A stretch of DNA of 64,000 nucleotides from contig CP068257.2 of assembly GCA_009914755.4 (NCBI GenBank), forward strand, positions 40,832,001 to 40,896,000. Direction: 5' to 3'. Shown piece by piece: positions 12,057 through 28,727 of this stretch. Under the pieces are notes generated by a model. That model saw nothing but the letters and a program-made list of their open reading frames with translations. It did not search any database and was not told the origin of the DNA. The first letter of the stretch is position 1; each line of letters begins with the position of its first letter. Both the position numbers and the translations under genes were made by a program. Source of the DNA: the human T2T-CHM13v2.0 reference genome, Homo sapiens.

Positions 12057-14870
12057 GGCGCGTGGGGGGTTCTTCATGAAAAGTGAGAGGGGTCCAGCTG
12101 TGTGAAAGGCCTTTGCAAATTGCCACAGCAAACTCCCAGAATTATGATGTACTTCTTCCTGTGTGGTTCCAAGTAAATGCCACTTCCGGCTGTCCAGTAC
12201 CATTTTTTCCTAGGACTTAAGGCCACAAAAATGGATTAAGAAACACACATGTATACATGCAATCTTCCTGGTGAAGTCTTCAAACAAAGTTCTCCAAGAA
12301 GTCATTAAAAAATTAATCATCTGGAAATGTCATGTTTCTCCTTCTCTCTCCAAAATGTATTTCTTTCAACCATTAACTCATTCTCTTTCATTGTGTCCCA
12401 TAGTGAGACAAAACTGTGTTAGGACAATAAACCAAGCAATTTTCCAAAGAAGCTATAGCACGAAAGCAACGTAAATCCCGAAGGAGAAACGCCTGCGAAT
12501 GAGCTCACCGAAGGCACACTCTCCTCCCAGGAGCCTCCCTGGAGAGGCAGCCCGTTTATTTGAGTTAGTGATTTTGGAAGACACACTGCACTTTCTTTGC
12601 CTCCAGCTTTCCTTGAGCCATTTTGTTCTCCTTGCGAGGTACTGATAGCACTTATTATCTAGAAAATATAACCAGACTTTGAGGAGAGGCAAGGGGCCCT
12701 ATAAATTATTTATTTTTTTGCTTCTCAAACTCTGGACCGAGGACCAGGATTACAGGCATTACCTGGAAGCTTGTTACAAATGCAGGGCCTCAGGCACCCC
12801 CGTCTCCGTGTCAGCAGCTGTGTCTTAGCAGGATCCCCAGGGCATTGCCTCACAGTCAGGGTGGTGCAAAAGTCCCGCCTGGCGTCCTGGTGAGTGGACC
12901 AGGAGGGGGCAGGTGAAGGCAATATTATTGGTCCTTCGACTCCAGACAAGAACTTGCAGCTTACCCTGAGGAAAGAAATTAGCCCATATGATGAAACACA
13001 ATCTGATGACGTAAGGATTTTTGTACTTATGCCCACATGTTTAGACATGGCAGCCCGCATCCTCTTAAACCTGAACTTTAACATACCGTGACTTAGAGCC
13101 ACAAACAACAAAACAGAGGGCAGGAACCAGAGTTCTCCAGAGAAACAGCCAGTGGGAAACAGGACCCACATCCATACGGATACAAACATACAGATACAGG
13201 CTGGGAGAGGGAAGGAGAGAGGGGCATTGGCTCACACTCTTACAGAAGCTGAGAAGCCCCACGATCTGTGGGAGCTGTTGGCCTCCCGTCTGGAGGCCAG
13301 TAGGCTCGAGACCCAGAGAGAATCGATGTTTTCATTCAAGTCCAATGGCAGGAAAAAGCCAATGCCTCAGTTCAAAGGCCGTCAGACATGAGGAGTTTCC
13401 TCTTAGCCTTTTGTTCCATTCAGACCTTCAACTGATTGGATGAGGCCCACCCACCCTGGGGAGGGCCGTTTGCTTGACAGTCTCCTGATTCGAATGTTCG
13501 TCTCATTCAGAAACCTCCTCACACACCCCCAGAGTGACACTGGGTCAAAACGTCTTTGCACCCTGCAGTCCAGTCAAATTCACATGTGCAATTGAGCTTC
13601 ACATTGGGCATTTCTGCCCTGGTAATGTCCTCCCATTACCAAAAACCTGGTATTTGTCCTTCTTTTCAGTGGGTTTCACAGCCCAGCAGCAGCTGGCCCT
13701 CTTGTAGAGCAGCAGTTCCCAGCCTTTTGGCACCAGGGACAAGTGTCGTGGAAGAAAATTTTTCCACAAACCAGGGTGGGGTGGGGGTGGGGAATGGTTT
13801 TGAGATGATTCAAGTGCAATTACATTTATTGTGCACACTTTATTTCTATTATCACGTTGTAATATATAATAAAATAATTATACAACTCACCATAATGTAG
13901 AATCAGTGGGAGCCCTGAGCTTGTTTTCCTGCAACTAGACAGTCCCATCTGGGGGTGATGGGAGACAGTGACAGATAATCAAGCATTAGATTCTCATAAG
14001 GAGCTCACAACCCAGATCCCTCACATGCACAGTTCACAGTAGCGTTCACAGTCCTATGAGACTAATGCCACCACTCATCTGACAGGAAGCGGAGCTCAGG
14101 CAGTAATGAGAGCAATGGGGAGTGGCTGTAGATACAGACGAAGCTTCACTTACTCATCCACCCACTGCTCATCTCCTGTTGTGCAGCCTGGTTCCCAACA
14201 GGGGTTGGAGGCCTCTGTTACAGAGGACCCTCTCCTGACCGCCAATGAGACCCATGAGCTCACCGTCTTGTCTGCCCTTCCACAGCCCACGCTCCCTCCT
14301 CAGCCCACGCCCCCTCCTCAGCCCACACTCCCTCCTCAGGCTCAGCACTGGGAAGAGGTCGTCCTTCCTCACCTCAGCCCTCAAGTGTGGAGTCCGGCGC
14401 CTCAGTCATCCACTCAACAGACATTTATGAGGGAATGCTTGGGTGCCATTAACACTGCTGGGAAAGCAGCAGTGGATCAGATACAAGCTCACTCTCAAAG
14501 AGCTTATATTTCAGTGGAAGGTGGTGAGCAATGGACTAATAAGCCAGTGAACACGTAACACCTCCTCTGCCAATACGTGAGGTGAAGAGAAGACAGCAGA
14601 GAGGGGGACAGAGGCGGAATACAAATGTTATGTTAGCAGTGAACAATCAGTAAGTAAAATAAAAACATCACTTATAGTAGCATAAAGAAACCAGAAGCAA
14701 AAGAGGATGTACTGCATGATTCAATTTATATACAACTATTTAGAGACAAATCCAATCTGTGGTGACAGAAAGCAGCACATCAGACGCTTAATGCTGGGAG
14801 TAGGGGAATGGATTGCAAATGGGCACGAAGATATTTTCAGGCTGACGGGAATCTGTGTGCTGATTGTAGG

Positions 14871-15238
14871 GTGGTATATTAGTCTGTTCTCACGCTGCTA
14901 ATAAAGACATACCTGAGACTGGACAATTTATAAAGGAAAGAGGTTTAATGGACTCACAGTTCCACATGGCTGGGGAGGCCTTATAATTATGGCAGAAGAC
15001 GAAAGGCACATCATACATGGCAGCAGGCAAGACAGAGAATGAGAGCCAAGCGAAAGCAGAAGCCCCTTATAAAAATCATCAGATCTTGCAAGCCTCATTC
15101 ACTACCACGAGAACAGTATGGGGAAAACTGCCCCCACAATTCACTTATCTCCCACCAGGTCCCTCCCCAACATGTGGGAATTATGGGAGCTACAATTCAA
15201 GATGAGATTTGGGTGGGGACACAGCCAAACCATATTAG
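14871..15238 (-). repeat. MaLR LTR (THE1/MST-like), - orientation, roughly full length
   Basis: The reverse complement matches the THE1 consensus ends: ...tgatatggtttggctgtgtccccacccaaatctcatcttgaattgtagctcccataattcccacatgttgg... and ...aaacctctttcctttataaattgtccagtctcaggtatgtctttattagcagcgtgagaacagactaatatacc. Confidence 0.6.
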
Positions 15239-15756
15239 GTGGTCACATGGTTGCCTACATTTGTCCAAACTCATTGAACTGTTCACTTAAAATGGATGTT
15301 TTACTGTCTACAAAATATACTTCAAGAAAGCTGATATAACATGTTTTTAATTTTTTAATTAGATTGGGATATTAGGCTACTGGTACCAATGCCCAAGGGC
15401 TTCCCGTGGGCCCCACGGAGGGCCAGCTCTTGTCACACCCACCGGGTGAGGCACAGAGAGGCCAGTGTTCCCTGAACCCATAGCCAATGGCAACTGATAG
15501 AGCACTTTACATATATCTTTATGATGGTTAGGGTATTTGGATGATTCTGTTAATTTCTGAGTTGTCTACATTTTGGGGCGTTGGTTGAAAGCGACACTCT
15601 TACCATGTTCGCACAACACAGGAGCCAGATTTCGAAGTGGCACAGGCAGTCTAGGGTTGTAATTACATGAGCTCAGGTTGGTTCCTCCGTCCCTTAGCCA
15701 CCAACCCCCTTCCAGTCCCTCTTCCACATACCTCTCTTCATTCTGCGCTGTATTAT

Positions 15757-16056
<300 letters not shown>

Positions 16057-18760
16057 TGCTGTATTATTATTGACTCACATACATATCTTGCCATGACGTT
16101 GCAGGGATGCAACATGAGTTTACTACTCCATGCTCCTTCCACATAGCCACCCCCACTCCTGCCCAAGCCTGACTCCATACGCAGTGTTTGATCATAGTCC
16201 CCATTCCATAAACTGTGGTCATATTAAAAGTGAATAAAATAATCCCCAGAGTTTAGTTGTGTATCATTCTATTTCAATAGTTGTTTTTATTGTGGTGGTA
16301 AAACTAATATAACCTAGTTATAACACTCTTTATGATATTAATATAGCCTCTAATCTGTCAAAGTTTCTAATTTTGTGGGCACTCCTTTTTATTGTATTTG
16401 CAAAAAGCAGTAAAATCCGGGAATGCAGTGTACTCTTGTTCCCGGACCAGGCTGAGTGTCAGGCAGCTATTTCTTGTGGCCCAATAATGAGATGCAGATG
16501 AACTGGGGAGGAGGAGAGTTTTTATTTCTGAAACCAGTTACAGGGAGAAGGCCTGGAAATTATCACTAGACCAACTCAAAATTACAAAGTTTTCCAGAGC
16601 TTGTATACCTTCTAAGCTCTATGTCTACATGTAAGTGTGCATTCATCTGAAGACTTAAGTGATTAACTTATTTTAATCTGTAACTAATGTCTGAGTCCTG
16701 AAGACCTTCCTCTGCAGCCTCAGTAAATTTACTTATCTAAATGAGTCCAGGTGCTGGGGTGATTACCCTTATCTTGACTTCTGCTAAATCTTGGAGGTCT
16801 GGGGAGTTCCTTCAGACTTCCAATAAACTTGTTTGTGGAAGCCTGGGGAGTTTTTTAACCCCAGTAAAACTTGTTTAATCCTAAATGGGTCCTGTTAAGA
16901 ATTCTTTCATTATTTTGTCATGCGTTAAGGCCCAGGAAAGGCCTGGGCAAAACCCTTGGTGGGCTTTTGTTACATTTCAGCCTTTGTATAGGGGCACTGG
17001 CTTTTCTTAGCTTTTAATATTTAACTTAACTACTCGGTCAGTACTGAAGCAGTTGTTATGGAGGCCTGTGTTAGTGAAAACTGGCCTTCCACACTCTGTT
17101 TTACATACTCTTACAAATCCAAGTTCTAGAAAATTGTTTTCAAATAAATTTATCTTATGCAGCAGCTGTGTTCTGGATTGCAAGTGGATAAAATGAAACT
17201 GAGTGGATTTAACCATGCAGCACCAATAACTACCAGGTAGGGGCTTCCCACGTGGAGGTGTCAAACGAAGTTCGTTCCCTGCACTCCCTCATGCAATCCT
17301 CAAGGCAACATGTGAGATTTGCAATGAAGAAATTATACAACACGCAGAGATCACAGAGCTAGCTAACTGTGACGCTGATGTAACCTGGAAGTTACCAGTC
17401 TTTGAACTGGACGACTGTTACACTGAGCCGTGAAAGCTGATGGTTCTCAAAATGTGGCCCCTGGACTAGCAGCACCTGTCCCCACTGGAAACTTGCTGCA
17501 AATGCACATGCTCAGGCGTGGATCCGAAATTTGGGATGGGGCCCAGCCATCTGTGATTGGACAGGTTCTCCAGGTGATTCTGATGCAGCTCAACCTGAGA
17601 ATCATTTCTCTTGGGGAAGTGGCTTTGTGGAGGAATGCCACTACAGATCCAATACAAAGAATGGCCCTGGGAGGTTGGCAGTCAGGTGTTCAGGTCAGGT
17701 TTCCTCAAAGGCAAGACTCCTATATGACAGGAAGATGATCCTGCGACTTCATAACTACAGATGTGTGTGTGTATATGTATCTATGTGTGTGTGTCTATGC
17801 CATTTGTATACACGTGTTTTTTTTTTTTCTTCCTACAATGTGATGAAGAATCAAATTGCAGGCTCTTCATCCACAGAAATTCCCCCTTGTGATCTGAGGC
17901 TCTGCCGAGCAGTGGCCCCTCCCCAAAGCAGCCCCAGTTCTCCACTTCCCTCCTGGCCCCCACCCTTGATCATGGCTCCTGAGCATTTTGGGTTTTGTCC
18001 AGGGGCTCACTAAGAGCTCTGAGTAGGAAGTTCTCGCTACAAAGATTCAGCTGTGGGCGAAAACCGTATCATTTCCCCAGGTGACGTGGGGTGTGAGGGC
18101 AGGGCTGGAGTGCCCCGGGTTCACTGGGGAGCTGCAGAGACTATCACTTGCCTTCCAGGAACCCTTACCGTGTGCCAGCTTCCACAGGACTGTGGTGGAA
18201 ATGTGGTCAAGGTCTTAGGAGCAGGCCACACAGGGATGGTTCATGCACTGAGGGAGGGGTGTGGAGCCTCTGATTCTGATGGGACTCCCAGGGGTGCTCA
18301 CAATGGCAAATGGGCTGCTGTTACCTCCTAGCACTGGACTCTGGGTCACCCGCAAGTGTAGGTCACTTCCTTGCTGGTCAGTAATGGGGCACAAGTCACC
18401 ACAGCAGGCGCCGCTCCTGAAACTCTCTTCAGGGATAGCACGGGCGGAAGTGCAGGCAGCAGGCAGAGCATGGAGGTCCGTGTGGTGCTCAGTCACTATG
18501 GCAACTAGAGATCACAGAGCCACAGTCACCATCCCCCTAGGGCACCTGCCCAGGGAAAAGGAGAAATGTAAAACCACAAGCATACAATTAAGAACAGGTG
18601 CAGAGACCCAGCGGCTTCCAGGGCAGCTTTGAAGGGATCCCTCATCTCTCTGGTCCCAGGACATCTGTGCCAAGGGCCAAGCATGGGCCTGATTATAAGG
18701 AGCAGCACTGAGGTTCCGATTAAATGCTCAACCCTGCCTGATCTCTTACCAGGAAAGGGT

Positions 18761-19125
18761 GTGATATGTCCCCACCCAAATCTCATGTTCAATTGTAATC
18801 CCAAGTATTGGAGGTGGGGCCTGGTGGGAGGTGACTGGATCATGGGGGTGGATTTCCACCTTGCTCTTCTCGTGATAGAATTCTCACGAGATCTGGTTTC
18901 AAAGTGTGTGGCACCTCCTCCTTCTCTCTCTTCCTCCTGCCCTGATCTTGTAAGAGGTGCCTGCTTCCCTGTCGCCTTGCGCCATGATTGTAAGTTTCCT
19001 GAGGCCTTCCCAGCCATGCTTCCTATACAGCCTGCAGATCCCTGAGTCAATTAAACCTCTTTTCTTTATAAATTACCCAGTCTCAGGTAGTTCTTTACAG
19101 CAGTACAAGAACAGACTAATACAAG
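18761..19125 (+). repeat. MaLR LTR (THE1/MST-like), + orientation
   Basis: tgatatgtccccacccaaatctcatgttcaattgtaatcccaagtattggaggtggggcc...aattaaacctcttttctttataaattacccagtctcaggtagttctttacagcagtacaagaacagactaatacaagg. Confidence 0.6.
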
Positions 19126-22100
19126 GTGTCCATGGGGAAAGACACATGGAGAGATTTGGGCAGAGAAGAAAGAGAGGCTGGAAATTTGGAGCTGCCAATT
19201 CCCCTGAACCCCTGTTGTCTACAGAGGCAGCTCCCCTTTGCTCTCCCTTCTCTTTCTCCCCTCCTCTCTCCTCCTTTCCCTCCCATCCCCCATGGAACCC
19301 AACACTCCTCTATTAAAAAGCCTTGCAATGACTGCACCTGGGGAAGTTGCCTCCTGAGCTGATGCCACTTCCCCAGGACCCACATCACACCTCTCATTGC
19401 CTCCAGTCCCAGAAAACAGTTGAGACCATCAGAGGCAGGGTGAGGAGGGCCCAAGACCCCCCTGGGAGGAGATTGCCTCAACATGGAGCTGCAGGTCCAC
19501 TCTAGCAGGTAGCAGCTAGAGCCTGGGAGCAAGTGTGGGGTGGAGTCTGACAGTGCCTGCCCCACATGGAAGAGAGCGAGCCTGGATTAGGCTGGGTTTC
19601 AGGGTTTAATATGTTGGCTCAACCCCTGAGAAAGTGGTTAATAATCCTCCAGGTTGGCTAATTGGACAAAGTTAATGAGATTGAAAAGCTTGAAATCCTG
19701 GCACGCTCTAGAGAACAGAGCTCAAAGACTCAAGGAAATAGAAATGTAGAAAGGTGCCTACTATTTGCAACTGACTCAGACCTTCCCTAATATGCTTCTT
19801 CCCCAAGGGGCCCGGAGGAAGAGAGGAAATGCATTGGTGAGTCCTTCACCAGCTCTGTGGGCCGTCCTCTGTGGGCTGGAGGCAGCGCCACTCTAAGCAC
19901 CAGAGTAGGGGCGGCTCTTAACCATCAGAGACAAGGCAGGTCTCAATGCCCCAAGGAGCGAGGAATCGCAGGTAACAGTATTTTGACCCATAATTGTCTA
20001 TGGCAATGGGTCCTTGGTCACAGGCACCCCAGACATGAGACAGAGACCTACTAAGTGCTGCTTGACATATTTAGGTGGGGAAAGCCCAGGTCTGCTAGGA
20101 AGAATCCTGCCTCATGGCTAAATCCCAGGTACCAGACTTAAGGCGGTTTGCCACCTTTATCACAGGGTTCCAACATGAGGGCCCTTGAACTCTCCTATGG
20201 CGAGAGGCCATCTGTTTCCTGCTGGGATCCTGACTGAGAGGATGGTGCGTTCACAGACCTCACATTTCAGTGAGGGGGAGGGTCAGCACAAAGGTAATTA
20301 TGCAAATTAACACAGCAGGAAGTTCTCCTTATCAGGAGATAAACAGTACAAAGTCATGCACAGCATATCCTGTTAAACCAAAATACAAAGTAAATAGTGA
20401 GAAGTAGGGTTTGATTTAGAGTCTATCTTGATCAATTAAAAATTATGAACATTGGTCCATTTTACCTTGTATTTTGAAAAGGTAAATTAGGCAAAATTGC
20501 AACTATGCCCAAATTCTTAAAATAATAGTAAGTCAACATTAATGGTGGCAGTAGAGTTCTTATACATTTTCTGACTATGTTTTATGATAGCAGAACGCAA
20601 CATTTTTAACTTCATGTTTGACTTAATACATCATGTGTTCAGCAAAAGAGTCATTTTTACAAAAATATGTATGGCCTTTAATTTTCCCAAGAGCTCTTCA
20701 TCATCCTTTGAATTAAATTATTTGTTTTGTCAGGGCTGGTTTGTTTCTGTTTGTTTGTTTTTTCTTTTATCCCCCTAAGTAAGGAAACAAAGGACTAGTT
20801 GTTGACAGTCTCATACCCTATTGTTACTTAGTCTCATTTTTCCAGAACCTCCTTTGTCAGTAGCTTTGTGTATAATTTGAGTAGTCCCCCACATAATGTT
20901 AATCAATTCCATGAAACCTTACAGCGTTTCCAAGATTGAAAATTTCCCTTTGCCATCCATTGGTGTTATATTTGTATTGTGTTGTGGAAAATTTGACAAT
21001 CAGAAAAACTGATTGCCAAGGGCGTGGACACAATGGTTAGAGGCAGAGAGATGCTCAGGCTAAACAGGGCAGGTGTTCAGTGAGGGTGCAGCCTTTAAAT
21101 GGTGCGTTTGTGGCAAATATTTTCAAGGCAGTCTGACCACTTTTGCTTCTCTACCAACTTTCTAATACGGGGTCCGAATAACGAATGCTTGGAGGGCATC
21201 CCTGGCCTACCCCAGCCCCAGGCACAGTGCCTGGCACACCCTTAGCTTTCCAGAAATAGTTATTGACTGGATGAATTGCTAATTATGGTAAATGGCATTG
21301 GTAAAAAAAAAAAAAACTTCAGCCAAATTAAATTTAAAGGAGTTTAATTGAGCAATGAATGATTTGCGATGCGAATCAGGCAGCCTTCTGAGCCAGGGTA
21401 GGCTTAGAGACTCCAGCTACGTGATGGAAGCATATTTATGGACAGAAAAAGGAGAGTGAAGTACGGAAAACAGAAGTGAGGTAGGGATGCAGCTGCATTG
21501 TTTACAGCTCGGCATTTGCCTATTTGGATACAGTTCGAACAGTTGGCTGCATTTGATTGGCCAAAACTCAGTGATTGGCACAGGTGTAGGCCAATCTGCT
21601 TACACCTCCACTTGTTAGTGTTCACGACTTACAGAGAAACCTTTAGGCTGAACTTAAGTATGTACGGAGGCTAAACCTGGTTTAACAGCATAAAGAAAAA
21701 CAAAAGAGCCAGGAAAGAGGACACCAGAGAGGCCTTAAAGAGTCTAGAGGCAGGGAAGGCCTCTGTGCGGGGTGAAGTGGGAGGAAGTGGCTGAGGAAAA
21801 GAGGAGCATGGGGCAGGAAGTACGGGTCAGGTCGGGCGAGGGTACCACGTGTGAGTGTGAGGCAGGAGCGCAGCAAGGTGGAGATGGGGAAGGCGCGATG
21901 ACGTGGGCCCTGCAATGACGCTTGTCTCTGTAAACCACAGAGCAGCAGCGGTGGACAGGGACAGAGGCAGTAAACACAGGGCATGGTCCCCTCCCCACCC
22001 CAGGGCCAGCAGCCCTAAGGAAGAGTGACTTAGGAGAGTAGTGGCTGACCAGCTCCAGCAGGGCCTGGGGTCTATAATCCTGCTTGAGGGCTTCCAGAAT

Positions 22101-22144
22101 TCCAGTGCTGCATGCTACTTTAGGTTTAGAAATAAAAGTATTCA

Positions 22145-22428
22145 GCTGGGTTTGGTGGCTCATGGCTGTAATCCCAGCGCTTTGGGAGGCCAAGGCGGGA
22201 GGATCGCTTGAGCCCAGGAGTTTAAGACCACCCTGGGCAACATAGCAAGACCCTGTCTTTACAAAAAATAAAAAAAATGAGACTGGCTTGGTGGTATTCA
22301 CCTATAGTCCCACTACTCAGGAGACTAAGGTAGCAGGATCTCTTGAATTAAGAGGTTGAGGGTATAGTGGGCTGTGATTGCACCACTGCACTCCAGCCTG
22401 GGGAACAGAGTGAGACCCCATCTCTTAA

Positions 22429-22459
<31 letters not shown>

Positions 22460-22465
22460 GAAAAG
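22145..22465 (+). mobile_element. Alu SINE (older, AluJ/S-like), + orientation, with A/GAAA-rich tail
   Basis: gctgggtttggtggctcatggctgtaatcccagcgctttgggaggccaaggcgggaggatcgcttgagcccaggagtt...gagaccccatctcttaaaaaaaaaa. Confidence 0.85.
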
Positions 22466-23692
22466 CATTCTCATAGTGTGATTCCCTTGTACCTGTAATA
22501 GGTCCATTGCCTGATGCACTCTGCAAATCAATATGCTAAGACCCTGGGCTGCAGCAGAGAAAGAGGCTTAATCATGGGGCTACCAGAAGAGGAAATGGCA
22601 GGAAACCTCAACTGTATCTCCCCAAGGAGTGTGGGGCTAGGGTTTTTAAGGGTTTTGGCGTAGGCTGCAGTGTGGAGATGGTTGATAGGTTGGAGAGTGG
22701 AATGAAGCCGTGGACAGGGAGATGGAAAAATGGTGTTCTCATGCTGACTCGGTTCCTGTTGTGGGGATCTTCAAACCGGTTGGCAACAGCTGTTCTGCTG
22801 GAATTCAGGATCTGCTTAAGCAATTCTTAAACAGAAGCCTTACGATTCTAACAGCAGGGAAGTTCCTGTCTAGAGGAACAGTGGGGTGCAGATGGTTGGT
22901 ATCTCATGCTATGGGACTTTCCCTTACAAGGAAGTGGGTCAAAGTGTAGCCTGATTAATGTTTAATTGTAACGATATTTCTGTCCAGAACTATTCTTAAC
23001 CCTGAACCATGGCTCCACCATGATTTCAGATAGCAGCAGCAGCAGCTCCCTTCACCCTCCGCCTTTCTTTCTTTCTGCACCCTTTTCTACCTTCTGTCCC
23101 TTCCCTGCCTCCCTCTATTAATGGTGCCCTGACCACAGTTCCTCCCCTTTCTCCACTATCTACTTGCCCACTCAAAACCACCACCATAACCACAAAATGC
23201 TGTGTGCAGTCCCAACAAGAGTGTCCTCTGAGGCTGCGATCTCAGGGCAGGAGAACAGAGAAGTCATCCAGGGTCAGGGCCAGCCCTCATACCAGCTGGG
23301 GGAAGAGCAGGTGGAGTTGAAGGGTTTCTCCAAGGTGGAGGTCCCAAAACCCCCGCTCAGGAAGGCATTGATGCAGGGCGGTGCTAGACATCCCCTAGAC
23401 AGGCTCCGGTGAAACTGCCTTTGCAGTATATTATGACAGTAAGAGAAGTCTGACATCATTGACTCTATCTTGCTTCTGACTACCACGCCATCCTTGGTCA
23501 TTCCTGGGCACAGGCCAAGCTAACTTTGGGGAGAATTTATAGTTTAACTTGAAAGCAAGGATGATAACAGTCCCTTCCTAAAACTAACCCCATCCATGCT
23601 CAGGAACTGAAAACCACCTTGTAAGACTAATGAAAGGCCACAAGAATAGGATTGTAGGAGGGACCTGAATTCTGCTAAAATGTAGGCATAGT

Positions 23693-23999
<307 letters not shown>

Positions 24000-26900
24000 T
24001 GTAGGCATAGTTTCTATAATCCCTTCTTTCCAGGGGCCATATGGGGATTTGTGATTTTTCCCAATTGCTTCTATAAATAACATCACTATTGTAAAACCTA
24101 AGTGTTTTTTTTTTTAATTATTATTATTTTTCCAGACTGACCCTTTGGGGATCTGGGACTCATGACTCAACCGGTCTTGTGGCCCCACCCAGATGCAGAC
24201 TCAGTACATGTGGACCATTTTCTGCACCCCTGTGATTTCATGCCTAACCAATAAGCAGCACCCATTCCCTAGCCTCCTGCCCACCAAACTGTCCATAAAA
24301 ACCCTAGTGTCCAAGGCTTTGGGGAGAATGATTTGAGTAGTAACTCCAGTTCTTCTGCGTGGGCCAGCCTCGTGTCAGTGACACCTCTTCTCTACTGCAA
24401 TGCCGTGGCCTCGGTAAATTGATTTTGTCTGTGCAGTGGACAGGAAGAGCCCATCGGACGATTACACTGGCCGGGGGCCTGCTCTGAGGATGCTGACGCC
24501 AAGGAGACTCAAGAGAGCTGGCAAAGGCCGGGAACAGCCCAAGGTGGTAGAGATACCTGAAATAGGAATCACGCACATCTTGAGATCAAGATGAATATCT
24601 TAATATTTCAGCTTATGATAAAGACATTTGGTGATCGAAACTTTTCTCTACCCAGAGTCAGTCACATGCTGCAGTCTCCATATCTGGTCAGCTCCTGCCA
24701 GAGCCAACCCTTCTGCAGACAGCAGCTGTCCACGCTGGAGAAATTACAAAAAATAACTGCCTGATGCCAGCGGAGAGTGAATAAGATGAAACCAATTCTG
24801 GAAGGGCGTTGACACTTGGAAGAAAGGAGGGCAGCAGGGAGCTTCTGTCATGAAGGCTGTGGTGGTGGCGGTCGTAGCCATGACAAATGACCAAAGGAAA
24901 ACAGAAAACCGCAGGCTTTCTGGTCTGCAGAGCCAGCAGACTAAGCTCATGGCAGCCGCAGCTGATAAAAAGCAAGTGAGCACCCAGGACAGAAAAGGCC
25001 ACAAGGAGGAGCCTCAAATCCTGTGGGTAAACTCTGCCCAAATTAGATCATCAGAGCTTCAGCCTTTGGTGACAGAAGCCCTCATCTGCACGTCTTCCCA
25101 GCAAAATGGAAAGCGAGCATTCCCCATACAAAAACCAAGTGCACTAGACTTCCAGCCACTGGGCTGAGCTCTTCCCCCAACTCCGACTCTCCACCGCTCC
25201 CAGCTGTCCTAATTGAAACTCAGAGTGGAATACCAAGGTCTTTTTAAAACAAACAAACAATATTCAAACTTCTCATCAAGGACGCAGTTGAGAAAACAGC
25301 AACAGTTTGTTGTTGAGCCACAAATTAAGCAAAACCTTGCTTCTGACAAAGGACAGAAAATGTAGAGGATTTCTACAATCCAAAGAACAAAACAGCCCAA
25401 TACAAACTTGAAACATATTTGAACAGGCATTTCCCAAAGGAAGATATACAAATATTCAATAAGTACATGAATGAATGCCCAGTGTCATTAATATTAGCTA
25501 AAAAGGACATGATGGGGGCAACTGGTACAATGTGAATATGCACTATGGATTACAAAAATTATATCAATGTGAAATTTCTTAATTTGATAATTATACTCTA
25601 TATAATATCTTGTTTTTACAAAATAGATACTGAAATAGGCCTATCATACTCAAAAGGTTGTGAAGAAATGGTGTATGTCTACCGTGTATTTATACCTTCT
25701 CTACATGCTATTCTCCCTCTGTCTCTCTCTCTCTCTCTCAGCAAGATGATAAAGCAAATGGGGCAAAACGCAAATAATTGCTGAGTCTAGTTAAGGAGTA
25801 TAGAGGAGTTTCATTCTCTATTCTTGCAAGTTTTCTTTAAGTTTAAAATTATACAAAAATAAATTACAAAACATCAAAAACACTAAAAAGTACTGAAGTT
25901 TTCAAGGACCAATGGGGTCTTGTCAACCGGACAAAACAGTGGCATGAAGAAGCTACCACTGGCCAAAGTTGTGTCTGTCTCTGCATCATAAAGAAAAGTG
26001 ATTGGAGTGGATTGAAATGCATTGACTCAGTGACATCCACAAGCCCATGGTGACTATGCAAAAAAGATCCAGAACAAAGGGACTTGTCACCTTTGAAGCA
26101 TCTGCTAAACTAACACCTCGCTTATAAAATTGGTCATACAAGGGAAAGAATGAAAGGTTTTATTCTGTTTTTCTAGGAGGAGCTGCATTTCATGGGAACC
26201 AAATAAATCCATGATTTACAGCCTAATAAATTCAGAAGGAACAGTGGAGTTGGAAAAACACCATCTCGCAAACCATACTTGTAGTGGGCTGAATCATGAC
26301 CGCAAAGATATCAGGCCCTAATCGTTATCTGGGGTTAACTAACAGTGGATCAACCAGATAGGCTATGCCTTAGGCTGTAATGAAGGAGGAAGTCTGTAAC
26401 ACCACAAATGTGAATTCCAGCTAAGAACATTACCGTGAATCCACCAAACCTTTAGCTCCAGCTTCTTTGGCAGTAAGAAGTGCCCAGAGCTTAAAGAACA
26501 AGAGAGCCCAGACAAGCCCAGAAGATGAGATATTCTGCCAGGCAGCCCGCCCAGTCCCTTCAAAGCCAGCAACATGAAAGGGACTGCACTGAATGAAAAG
26601 AATGGGGTGCAGGGATTTCCATGAAGCTGACAGCCTCCAGCTTCAGACTCTGCACAGGCACAGGCCCCTTGCAAGGTCCAGACAGGGTGTCCACCTGGCC
26701 CTGTGTTTCATCTATTTTGCATTAGTGAAGGATTTTAACCATAATCGTGCCTCTGCCACTTTCCCCTCTAATTTCAATCAGACATGTGTCCCCTCAGGTG
26801 GAAGGGCATTGAAGTGGCCACAGGCACTTTTAGAATCTGTTTCAGGGGCACTAATTGAATTGAATCAAGGGTGGATGTGGTGGTTTGGGTTCCAGAGAGT

Positions 26901-27196
26901 ATTTGTGTATGCCACTGGTTTGCAGTAATTTTCATATGTAGTACAGTTTCTGCCACCTGTCCTGGAGTAGTATCACTTCCAGAAATACTTCTAACACTCA
27001 TTTTGCTACTTACCTAGAATTGAGACACGTAAGTGCAGGGTCAAACTTCAAATCCCAGTATGAACCTGTCCTCCAGCTCCAGCACCATTGCGTGTGGGAG
27101 TGCAGAAGAAATTAGGTTCAAAGTGCACTGAGTCAGAAGCTGGGCTATGGAGATCATTTCAATCATCAGAAGTGGAAAACTGTAAGAGTGCGCTGA

Positions 27197-27914
<718 letters not shown>

Positions 27915-28284
27915 TAGCAGTTTCGTGCACGGTGTTATGTTTGTATGTGAAGATGAATGTTTTATGCCCCTCAATTATCAGTAATGAACAAACCACACTA
28001 AAGAAAGAGTGTAATTATCTTGCTAATATCCCTATAGAAAATATTACAAAATAGTTGTAAAAAGAGGCAATCAAAGAGTATGCTGGAAAAAAATGCAGGA
28101 AAAGACGTATTACAGAGTTGTATTAAGCAGTGAATTCATAACAATATTCTGATAGTTTTCTAGATTTTGTGCTGCTTATCCACTTTTCATTTGTAATTTT
28201 ATTATAATTTATTTTCCTATTCTAAATAAACATTTGTTTTAATCTAATTTTATATTTATAATGCTGTATGTGCTTTCTTTTTTA

Positions 28285-28727
<443 letters not shown>

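Noticed and set aside
17531-19050. 160-174-aa ORFs (17531-18013 +, 18526-19050 -)
   Set aside because: They overlap THE1-type LTR and low-complexity sequence and are open on both strands. They show no splice-site support and no recognisable domain.
21744-22301. 185-aa ORF on the - strand
   Set aside because: It runs into an Alu (22145-22465) and GC-rich spacer. The Alu-derived peptide [33 protein letters not shown] is diagnostic of translated Alu sequence.
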